NCBI RefSeq assembly: GCF_963676685.1
Contig: NC_092355.1
Span: 17,546,001-17,610,000 of the forward strand
Origin: Mytilus edulis
Lineage: Eukaryota
Length of the DNA stretch: 64,000 nucleotides
Reading direction: 5' to 3'
The notes below the pieces were generated by a model. The model saw only the letters and a list, made by a program, of their open reading frames with translations, was not told where the DNA came from and did not search any database. Position numbers and translations under genes: made by a program. Below, piece by piece: positions 53,672 through 64,000 of the stretch. Positions within the stretch are counted from its first letter, which is position 1; every line of letters starts with the position of its first letter.

Positions 53672-55342
53672 TTAGGAAACATCAAATAGAAATGCAAATT
53701 TAGTTTGATTTGCAACTAACAACTTGTTACTTGTTGGTTCGAAATGCATTGCACGTGGAATATTGAGGCCATCACGAGAGGACAATATTGTTCTGCAACG
53801 CTTTCCATCAGGGGAAATAATGACAACGCTGTGTGTATCCGTACTGACAACATACACGTTACCATTGCTGTCTACAGATATACCCTGTGGATATCGCAGG
53901 TTTTGTGTATCCTTAAATTCCCATTTTAGATTTCCATGGATATCATAGCATGTAACAGAATGGTTGTCTCTATTTGTATAATAAATATTGTCACCATGCA
54001 CTGCAACATACGAATAGGGTGGCATTTTAAATTGAACAAGTGCCTTTTCTGATTCACCATTCAGTTGAACTTCCATTATTCCTTTACCTAACTTACAGTA
54101 TACCAGGACAGTTTTATTCAGTGCTATACCATATTGAGCATCCCTAACTTTTATAGTTTTCTTGATTCTTCTGCTGTTAGGGTCAATAATGTGAATAACA
54201 TTTGAACCACCGCCACTTGTAACGGCAATGGAATTTTCTCTTTCAAAATATGCTAAATCAAATGGGCGTGTATCTAGCTGAATTCCAAACTCATGCATAC
54301 CGTTGCTTTTCAACACAATTAAATTTGAATCACAGAACATCATCTTGCCATTTGGTAGAATTGCGCAACCTGTAACAACTCCAGCAGATTGCAAATCAAT
54401 TCGCATTATGTTGCTTAGTTTGATATCATCTATGCATTTGGAAATTAAACTAGGTATCATCATCTGAGCTTCTTTGTTTTTGTTACTGTCATTAACAACT
54501 TTGCACGATTTTGAATTAACAATAACGGACCCAAAACAATCAGCCCTGCAAATGTTTTGTACGTCTTTGTTAATATTTAAAGCCAGTGTTTTTATCGTCA
54601 TGTCCTCGTTCTTAAGGACGGACTGAATACATTCTGCTTTATCAGAAACCTCTTTTTCAATGTGCTTTAATGCTAAAAATGTTTGAAGTTCTGATGCATG
54701 TTGCCTGATATTATTTTGGTTTCCTTGGAGGTCAGAAATTCCCTTTTCAATGTCTTCAATCTCACACAACAACAGCTTTATTCTCTTACTTTCATTTTCT
54801 TCATTAGCATATAATTCTTTAATTATTTTGTCCTGTATTTTGTCTAAGCGGTCGTTGATCATTTTCCGGGTTTGGTTTATATCACCTTCAATCTCTACTC
54901 TCTGATCCTGTAGACATTTTAAATTTTCTGTGCGATCGTTACGAATTCTTTGTATGTTTTTCAACAGTTGGACCAATATTTGCTCTACCTCTAACCACGC
55001 ATTCGATGACTTGACATTTTTGACGATGTCCTCTATTGCTGTCAAATCATTGCAATTATTATGTGTTTCAATAACACACCTCCTACAGCACGGACAATCA
55101 TGTTTCTTACAGAATGTTTGATAGTGTTCTTTGTGTTTTTGACATGTTTGTGTTATCTCTAACACATTTGTTGGTAGCTTCTGATATTCTGTAATTGAAA
55201 TAGTGTCATGGTTTCTAGTTGATTTTGATGCACAATGGTGCTCTCTACACTCGCCACAAAGTCCCTCGTCACATTCTGAACACCACACTACTGATGCTTT
55301 GTTGATGTTTCGGAAATTACATACACCACAATTACTCGCCAT
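53672..55342 (-). CDS. RING-less TRIM-like B-box/coiled-coil/NHL protein, copy 4, 556 aa
   Basis: ORF 53672-55468. MASNC at 55342 follows TTTGTTTTGTAG-A; small in-frame deletions relative to copy 2. Confidence 0.9.
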   Translation of the reverse strand: MASNCGVCNFRNINKASVVWCSECDEGLCGECREHHCASKSTRNHDTISITEYQKLPTNVLEITQTCQKHKEHYQTFCKKHDCPCCRRCVIETHNNCNDLTAIEDIVKNVKSSNAWLEVEQILVQLLKNIQRIRNDRTENLKCLQDQRVEIEGDINQTRKMINDRLDKIQDKIIKELYANEENESKRIKLLLCEIEDIEKGISDLQGNQNNIRQHASELQTFLALKHIEKEVSDKAECIQSVLKNEDMTIKTLALNINKDVQNICRADCFGSVIVNSKSCKVVNDSNKNKEAQMMIPSLISKCIDDIKLSNIMRIDLQSAGVVTGCAILPNGKMMFCDSNLIVLKSNGMHEFGIQLDTRPFDLAYFERENSIAVTSGGGSNVIHIIDPNSRRIKKTIKVRDAQYGIALNKTVLVYCKLGKGIMEVQLNGESEKALVQFKMPPYSYVAVHGDNIYYTNRDNHSVTCYDIHGNLKWEFKDTQNLRYPQGISVDSNGNVYVVSTDTHSVVIISPDGKRCRTILSSRDGLNIPRAMHFEPTSNKLLVANQTKFAFLFDVS

Positions 55343-56641
55343 TCTACAAAACAAATGAGTCTTAAATTTTATCGATGGATAACACTGTAGTTGTAACTTA
55401 ACAAACAAAATGTGAATATGATATATTTTTTTCATTTGGATGGTTATGCTCGGCTTGTCATAGTTCACGGATTTCGATTGGAAAATGACAGGTCGTTAAA
55501 AATATGCCATGGGTGGTGGTGCCACCCACTACCATGGACATCTCCATGCCTTTTTTGTTTTGTCCAGCAGTTGTTATATGTGCAAACTTGATTTCTGTAG
55601 ATTGTTTATGATGTTGTTTTTTTCTGATCAAATATGTAAACAAGTAACGATATTATCAGTGTATGTTATTTCCTGGCATTCATTTTAGTTAATGCATCAC
55701 TTGGTTACAATGTCGTTAATTAATGGGACTACTGACCTAATTATGCAAATTACCCACGTTGATTTTCCGCCGTCTAAGACTATATTTAAATATATGTAGG
55801 GTTACCTTACATACGGTAAAAGAAATGTGGAATTGTAAAATTATAAATAACATTTTTTAACAAATTATTTTTAAAAAATTTGCTTTTACGTGACACATTT
55901 TTTCTTAATTCTTTTAGAAAGATCCCCCGATTCGGACATAAACCGGGAAATTTTTGCTATCTACGTTCATATTTTTGGATTACGCAATATATGTTATTTA
56001 TTGGACATTTCCGTTACTGTCCCAATATTACCGACTTATTTGTTTGGGTTTTGTCACTTCAGTCGACACTTATTGAAAATGTTGAGCTAGTGTTAAGAGC
56101 GAAGGACGTGATCTTTGTTTGCAAAATATTTCCTTTTCTTTCAACATAATTATAAGAATAAAAAAAATAAAAGGTTCTTAAATTGATCTATTTTACAGGC
56201 CCAAGTGCTAGGGAACAAATGATTGTTTTTTAAGTGAACATCGAAGGCTCCATAACCCACAATTTAGATGTATACGTATTGTCGAAACTGTGTGCTTTTA
56301 ATGACATATAATCTTAAGGAAATCTTAAGCTGCAATTTACGATCTATATTATGTCAAACAACTAAAAAGGAGTCAATAATTATAATAGATTCGTAGACAC
56401 AGTTATTATCTTCTGCAGGGGTTGAAGCTAAAATGAATTATGCAAAACAAACTTTTCATTTAACATTGGTCCAAACTGAATTTCAACTCAAATAATGAAT
56501 AATAGTAATTCAGATGATATTACTAACTTACATTTTGTATTTATGGCTCAGTTATTTGTCGGGTTTTGGCAGCATTCATTATCATTTTTTTCGTTTTTAA
56601 GCTCTTCTTTTGTTTAATAATTTTTGAATTAAAAATAAGTC

Positions 56642-57461
56642 ATTCTCATTTCGCCTTAACTGTGAATTCCAGGTAAAAAAGGTAAAAAAATATACTAAGG
56701 CCAGATGGGAATTGAACTAAGGCAAAATGTGAATTTAGATAAAAATATTAAATAAACAAATTAATTCTCTGTGTTTTTATAGCAATTTAAACAACATGTT
56801 ATTAGGGAATTGTTTCTCTTGAATGATTCTTTTTAATAAAAGTGACCATTTTTTTTTATTTCAAAAGTTGTGAAATTAGAAAAATCTACAATTGAGTAGG
56901 AAAGTTGCTTCTCTTGAAATATTGTTCGTTTCATATTTAATATAAGTTGAAAATTTTCATTCTATTGTATGCAGTGAGAAAAATCTAAATAATTTAGTTA
57001 ATTATCCTTTACATTATGCAACACACAATAAGTTTAAAGGAAGGATGAAAAAACCATGTATTCCCACAGACTTGTTTAACATTAACAACTATAGGTCACC
57101 GTATAGCCTTCAACAATGAACAAAACCTATACCGCATAGTCAGCTATAAAAGGCCCCGATAAGATTTTTAGTGCTTTTCGCTCGTGCGATTCTATATTAC
57201 GTGTAAATTTATTAGTTTGCTAATTTGAAAATACATTTTTAGAAAATAAAAAATATTAGCCACTCTTAAAAGAAGTATTCCAAAAGTGAGACATTGGGAA
57301 AAAAAAAAACACATCTTTTTAAAAAGTATTTCAACATTAATAAAACAAATATCAAACTTCCACTATCGCTTTAGTTTATTCTTTGTAACCTGAAAATTTG
57401 TACTAGGCGAAATGGGACTATTTTTTTATAATAATTTTGACAGCTAAGACGAAATGAGAAT
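56642..57461. mobile_element. MITE-like insertion (~820 bp)
   Basis: attctcatttcgccttaactgt / acagctaagacgaaatgagaat; absent from the paralogous 16985-17085, where ~90 bp of flank is present instead. Confidence 0.7.
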
Positions 57462-57521
57462 AAGCCGGTAGAATACTCGGATAATGAACTGCTAGACCAA
57501 TAATCTATTACGATATTTATA

Positions 57522-58324
57522 TTTATTCTGCAATTGGGTGTTCTACTATACAGATACAGCCCTACAGATATCGCTATGCTGTATCTGTATACTATACAGA
57601 CATCGCTTTAAAGCTCCGCCCACTGCCGGACTGAGTTTTGAATGAACCTGCGTGACCTCATAATGTTTATTGCAGTTGCATTCCAATGACTTATTAATTG
57701 CGAATTAACGATTACTTTTATACGTTCTGTTTGTTTTCAAACATTTCTTTAGAGCAATAAGAATCACACCAATTTTCTGATATCATACACACATGAACAA
57801 CTATCGATTTCAAAACTTAAATGTGTTTGATTGTGTAACAAAAACAACCATGTCCATTTCATCATGTATGTTTAGTGAATGTTGAGTCTGAGGCGTAGGA
57901 CAACTCATACACCCCTGTTTCAAATTGGACAATGTTTTGTTATTTGTTTTTACTGTTGAAAATATTCGTTATGTTAAAATAGCTAATTATTCGATGAATT
58001 ATTGTTGACCATTCCAGATTCTTTTTTGCGAACCCGGCTTCAGCTGAATGTGTGGTTACTGTATCATATTTCTACACGTGGTCTCAAGGGATTTCAAATC
58101 GAAACTACATGCAAAACATGTGTTCTTGTGTCTTTCAAAACACAAATAAAATACAGAATTAATTGCAGGATAAAGACAATAACTGTTTAGTGTCTTTAAA
58201 TATCAGCTGTATTTGTACTCAGCTCGAAACAGGTGTAATAGCTCGCTAAAAGCTCGCATACACCTTGTTTCCTAGCCTCGTTCACATACAGCTGATATTT
58301 AAAGACACTAAACAGTTATTGTCT
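57522..58324 (+). mobile_element. Non-autonomous element with long terminal hairpin (family H2)
   Basis: Absent at paralogous 17125-17140; perfect 39-bp arms at 58174-58212 and 58286-58324; 5' tttattctgcaatt is complementary (one mismatch) to 58161-58174. Confidence 0.75.
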
Positions 58325-60185
58325 ATGTTTTTTTTTTTTATTTGTTCGACATGTTGAATAAGATATGAAATTTTGTAATGGAATAAATACCCTTGTTTTT
58401 CACCATAGAGGCATTTGTGGTCAAAATGCGCATATGTGCAGCGCAATTAGTACAGTTAAATGCCAAAAAAGAGTTTATTTTGTATAAATACTCAAGTAGT
58501 AGATTATCTATGTCAAATATGTAGTAATGAAACCCGATCAAAAAACGCATTAAATTGTAGGATCTATTTACTATTAGATTATCAAGACTGGTGTAGCAAC
58601 TCTAAATCTGAAATGAAAAATATTATCCGACATTGTCAAATAAATCTTGTTTGTGTATACACAATATAAATACATTTATGAATTGTCATCAGTCCGTTTT
58701 TCTTATTCTTTATTAAAATTTTAGTTTGAACAAGTTCTGGAATGATCGATTTTTTTAAATAAATAGATCAAAACAATATGTTTTACACTTCAGAGTCTGG
58801 ATATGGCAACGAATTATAAATTGATGGGCGAAATAATGAAATAAAGAAAATCTGGCTGAAAGAATAAAAATGACGACTATTAAGTACCCGCTTTCTAGAA
58901 TCTCATTCTAAACAGGTCACAATGACATTTTTTTTTAAGTTCCTAATCTGTTTATCTGAAAATGGATTAATTTGACTATCACTCTGGTATCTTTCGTCCC
59001 TCTAGTATCTTTCGTCCCTCTGATATCGTTCGTCCCTCTTTTGCATCTCTCTTTGCACACATACGTTCACAGTAATTGAATTGACCATCAAACTGCAAAC
59101 TAAACCAGTTAAGATATTTTTACCAATCTTACAGGTTAAGTTCTAAATCTTTATAACTCACTACTTTATGATGATAAAAGTAAAGTTTCATATTCTTTAA
59201 AAAGGTGTAAGTTCACGAATGGTAAAAATTGGTCCTAAGATTTTGAATGGTTTTTTTTAAACAGGCCATAATACTACAAACAGGACAAAGAAATTGTTAT
59301 GATATTACAAAATAATTTAAGTTTTACAAATCAATTTAAATATGACGAATTTCTTGATTATTTTAACGCTGTTGATTTTCAATAATTCTTAACCTTTTTT
59401 AGCATATTTTACAGTATCCGCCATCAAAAATCCAGAACGTTATTGTGTCTAGGGATTCAATCTCATCATTATTAGCAAATCTTTGAAACAGATCATTCGT
59501 ATCCTAGGTAGAGGCAAAGGTCCGAAAATGCACACAATCATCGTATTTTGATTTTGTAGCCAAAAATGTACGCGTATGGATGGATTTCTTTTTACAAGGA
59601 AGTAAATCATTTGAAATAGATCCATTAATAAATAACCAAATCTGGCCATTAGGACATTTTGTGATAAAGCTGAAGTTCAAGGTTATGCATGTTTTGCATG
59701 GTAGACATTGTGTGTGTCTTAACTGAAATTAGTCTGAATAAACTATTATCATTCCAACTTAACAACAAACGAAAGCAGTGAGTTCTTTAGAGTTCGGTGT
59801 TTTTTGTTGTTTTACTTTTTGGTATGCTGTTGATATGACCGATCTCTCTATTTTAGTACATAAAGGTCAATTCGATCATTATAAGATCGGATAGGTCTAC
59901 CTTACAAAATATTATTTATTTAAAATTGGATGCACTTTCATATCAATTAGTTTCACTTGTAGTTTCTAATGTTTAAGTGGTTGCATATCAGCATTTATAA
60001 AAGGTATTTTTTTAATAAAATTATCGATAAGGGTGATCCATTGATTTTGTTCTGAAATGAAAATTATAATCATAGATAGTTTAGAAATATTTTATCAACT
60101 TGTTATGATACAGATTAGCTATGGCGAAGCTATATCTATTAACACATACAAGGTTCATGTTTATGTTATATGTAGACGTCATTCT

Positions 60186-61946
60186 AATATAAAGTATTAA
60201 ATGGTGGCCCCATTGCCGGCATTTCTATTTTTAGCAAATATCTCCTTAAAAGGCGTCTTTTAATAAACTAATTATGGAAAAACTGCTGTTGTCTAATTGA
60301 AGCTCAATATCTATTTGTGATTTTACCGCACTCAAATATATATGGTCCCAAGGGTTTTCTTGGTAAATTTATGGTTTTTCACGATACCTTACGATTTCGC
60401 GGAAAATTTTCCCTAATTTTGATCAAGATAAAAAAATCCGGCCCTTCATCATATACATATACGGACAAATTTGTGCTTGCATGAAACTTCATTCATAATG
60501 CTTTCCAGAAGAAAAATATATAAATGATATAACAACCAATCACAGAAAGTCATCTATTTTTATCTCCATGTCATGTTCTCTATAAATTAATGGCTGCGCC
60601 CATATAACTTTATTTGGTACATTGTAACCTATACGGTAATAAACAATTTCTGAAATTTGATATTTTTGCCGCTAAGGCATTAGTTACTTGAACATTGCTT
60701 GACTTCATTCTACTATGCAAAATATCTCATTGAAAACTGTATTATACACAAGAATCAATTTCTGGACACTACCCCTGTTTAAAAATTGGTAAACAATTAC
60801 ACTGACATTACGGTACTGTGTGATGCAGGTGTAATATTTTGTCTCTTTGCTAGTATTGCCTGTTCGAAGTAATCATGTGCTTCTGATATTGATTAACAGA
60901 GAATTTAATTTGAGTGACGCTGTGCCGAAAACCAAATTAAAAATTCGGACCAGATCAATATGAAATAAATTCACTATTTTATAGCGGACTATAGCTTTAT
61001 AAATTGGATACATGTGGACACTTTAGCTTCTTTTCGTACAAAAACAGCTTCTGGTGGCCTATATTAGCTATACAAATAGTCTGGAAAAGGTTTTGAATGA
61101 TGTGAAATCGTTTAGCGTATGCAAATACCATGGGAGCCGGTTTTACCAAAAAAGGGGGAGGGTTAAATCCGAAGATTTCTGTGTCATAGGATGTGACAAG
61201 ATCTAACAAGTATCGCAAACAGTTAGGCCTATATATGGCTATCAAGCCTGTACGCCAAATTTTGGATGAGAACAGAAAAGAAACATCAAGGCAATGAAAT
61301 CCTGTACCTACCCGTATTTTGAATGCAAAAAGGAAACAGACTATAGCATGAAAATGAAATTATTCACACATATCACAACACTAGTAAAGCGTTTTTATCT
61401 CTAAATCTTTCTTTAAATACAATTTTTGACATATTTTGAGACCATTATAGAATATAAATTACTAAATAGTGGCCCCATTGCCGGCAATGCTATTCTTAGC
61501 AATTATCTCATTAAAAGGCGTTATTAATAAACTAATTGTTGAAACACTGCTGTTGTCTAATTGAAGCTCGATATCTATTTGTGATTTTACCGCACTCAAA
61601 TACATATGGTCCCATGGCTTTTCTTGGTGAATTTTTGGGGTTTTCATGATGCCTTACGATCTCGCAGAAAATTTTCCCTAATTTTGATCAAGATAAACAA
61701 AAAGTTTCCGGTCCTTTATCATATATATGTAGGGACATATTTGTGCTTGCATGAAACTTCATTCATAATGCTTTCCAGAAGAAAAATATATAAAAGAGGG
61801 ACGAAAGATACCAAAGGGACAGTCACACTCATAAATCTAAAACGATATAACAACCAATCACAGAGAGCCATCTATTTTTATCTCTATGTCATGTTCCCTT
61901 CATAAAATGGCTGCGCCAATGTAATTTTATTCGGTACATTGTAACC
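60186..61946. mobile_element. Insertion bounded by diverged ~445-bp direct repeats
   Basis: 60186-60629 ~ 61451-61946 (second copy contains a ~50-bp PLE tail); absent at paralogous 11650-11670. Confidence 0.6.
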
Positions 61947-62295
61947 ATTCCATTAATCCGTATAAAACCTACAATACACACGGGTATGGTTAGGTAAATA
62001 TGATAAAGACATTCACATTTAACAGAAGAATGATACAAATGGATTTAATATTGATATTCATACCTTAAGAATCATGACATAGTCGTCAAAATGGTTTCAA
62101 AAGGAAACCGTCGCCACAACAAGGAAGGTAAATATTGTGATAACAAGTTATATGGCAATTTCAGGGATCAGGAGACAAAATACGACATTTATATATATGA
62201 GTGCATGTAAATAAAGTTATATAAATGAATGATGACCTGTCTGATTGTATTCACCTGTATATAGTTATCAAAGGTACCAAGATTATAAATTAGTA

Positions 62296-62337
62296 CGCCA
62301 GACGCGCGTTTCGTCTACATAAGACTCATCAGTGATG
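62296..62337 (-). ncRNA. Minimal type I hammerhead ribozyme, intact core (retrozyme segment 62262-62437)
   Basis: Minus strand CATCA-CTGATGA-GTCT-TATGT-AGAC-GAAA-C-GCGC-GTC-TGGCG; perfect stem II, one mismatch in stem I. Confidence 0.85.
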
Positions 62338-62439
62338 CTCATATCAAAACATTTATAAAACCAAACAAGTACAAAGTTGAAGAGCATTGGTTATTCAAAA
62401 TTCCAAAAAGTTGTGCCAAATACGACTATGGAAATCATT

Positions 62440-63299
62440 TTCTTGCCGACTTGTTTCTTTATTATTATGAGGCTGACTTCATACAGGAACTTCTTAGGAA
62501 GAAGATAAGAAGTTAGCAATATCCTTTAACTCTACTTTTCGCTATATAGATGATGTTCTTTCACTAAATAATTAAAAATTTGGTGACTATGTCGAACGCA
62601 TCTATCCCATTGAATTAGAGATAAAGGATACAACATATATGTTAGGTCGGCCTTATATCTTAACTTACATCTAGAAATTAACAATGAGGGTCGATTGAAA
62701 ACAAAACTTTACGACAAAAGAGATGATTTCAGCTTTCCAATTGTGAACTTTCCATTCCAGCAGCACCTGGCTGCATACGGTGTATAAATCTACCAATTGA
62801 TACGATATTCCCGTGCTTGCATTTCCTATCATGATTTTCTTGATAGAGGGTTGTTGCTCACAAAGAAGCTATTAAATCAAAGGTTCCAAATGGTGAAGTT
62901 GAAATCATCTCTTCGTAAATTTTACGGACGCCATCACGAGTTCGTTGATCGTTGTGGAATAACCGTTTCACAAATGATATCGGATATGTTCCTTACGTCG
63001 TAACTACATTCCCCTTCCATTTCATAAATGTGACCTACCGAATAAGACTATTTACCGGATTGTTATCTCATAAGCAACACGACGGGTATCACATGTGGAG
63101 CAGGATGTGCTTACCCTTCCGGAGCATCTGAGATCACCCCTAGTATTTGGTGGAGTTCGTGTTGTTTATTCTTTAGTTTTCTATGGTGTGTCATGTGTGC
63201 TGTTGTTTGTTTGTCTTTTTCATTTTTAGCCAAGGCGTTGTCAGTTTGTTTTAGATTTATGAGTTTGACTGTCCCTTTGGTATCTTTCGTCCCTCTTTT
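62440..63299 (+). mobile_element. 5'-truncated, decayed Penelope-like retroelement (RT C-terminal half plus 3' UTR), probably Naiad-type
   Basis: LADLFLYYYEADF, RYIDDV (62540-62557), LKTKLYDKRDDFSFPIVNFP, QLIRYSRAC..LRKFYGRH. ORF ends at 63003 without a C-terminal GIY-YIG; stops and frameshifts present. Confidence 0.85.
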
Positions 63300-63610
63300 A
63301 CAAGATCTGGCAATTTTATAAACTCCGCACGTTTAGAATAAAATAAGATGAAAATAATATGTATGGACACCAATGTGGAATATTACTTTGACATTTAAAC
63401 AACTGATTCTATCTGTATTAATTTTACTTGCAAGTGTTATTCAATAAACAACTGTAAAACAATAATTTCGATAGCATTGGACACGTATCGCTGTATTTAC
63501 ATCTTCGGCAATGCCAGTATATTTGGTTCTCGTATTATAATTATAACGTACATGTTAATTAAGTGTCGTTAAGTGTAGATTTTCAAAGCGGATTTGCAAA
63601 CAACGTTATC

Positions 63611-63790
63611 CACATACCTTTACTTTGGAATTTCAATAACTTCTAATATCCTTGATTAATGTTGCATCCGCCCCATAATGGATACTCTTAATATTAGATA
63701 ACGTATTTGATAACACTACATATAGTATCACAATTTAACAGATATCAGAATAGATTATATTTTTCTGATCTGAATTGAGTGCGTCTGGCC
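63611..63790 (-). promoter_or_regulatory. Candidate leader exon/promoter block upstream of copy 4
   Basis: 63303-64000 matches 21751-22455, including the donor-like site and the GC box. Confidence 0.4.
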
Positions 63791-64000
63791 TCTCGGTTTA
63801 TTTTTTACATTTAAGTCTTTCCTTTTATTTATCCATGATGATAGGCGTTGAATGAATGTATTCAACTGTCCTGTCATCAAGATACGCTGTTTATTTATCA
63901 GTAAACTATATTTAACAACTAAATATTCGTGTTATTCTCTGCGGTTTTCTGGGGCTAAAATGGATAAAAACAACATAAAAACATTGCAGTTCTTTACGAG

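Larger units (their letters stand above)
44661..64000. repeat. Rearranged segmental duplicate (or alternative haplotype) of ~626-22455
   Basis: 44661-45722 ~ 626-1430; 52011-53671 ~ 1429-3585; 55343-58810 ~ 15706-17616; 58810-62255 ~ 10240-12037; 63303-64000 ~ 21751-22455. Confidence 0.9.

Noticed and set aside
53672-63299. Diversity-generating retroelement (variable propeller genes plus a nearby RT)
   Set aside because: No template repeat; variation includes indels and spans all blades; the RT is a decayed Penelope-like fragment.

Overview
AT-rich animal genomic DNA with no prokaryotic features; the gene family and repeat content suggest a bivalve mollusc, probably a Mytilus-like mussel (inference). 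The core is a minus-strand tandem cluster of five paralogous RING-less TRIM-like genes (two B-boxes, coiled coil, six-bladed NHL-like beta-propeller), each with one coding exon and a splice acceptor directly before the ATG. Three are intact (3586-5274, 14014-15705, 53672-55342), one has a single 1-bp frameshift at the coiled-coil/propeller linker (29480-31167), and one is an old decayed relic (~24680-25775). Differences between paralogs cluster in 12 short loops predicted to form one face of the propeller, and the copies are recombinant mosaics, as expected for a diversifying innate-immune receptor repertoire. Region ~44660-64000 is a rearranged duplicate or alternative haplotype of ~630-22450, which provides empty-site controls for many insertions. 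Mobile content: a non-autonomous Ngaro-type tyrosine-recombinase retroelement with near-identical split direct repeats carrying an 80-bp satellite; a 358-nt hammerhead retrozyme partial dimer plus three other hammerhead copies; a 5'-truncated Penelope-like RT joined to an inverted hammerhead segment; several TIR elements; elements with long terminal hairpins; and many short retroposon fragments. All calls were made by eye; repeat boundaries are approximate unless TSD or TIR coordinates are given.
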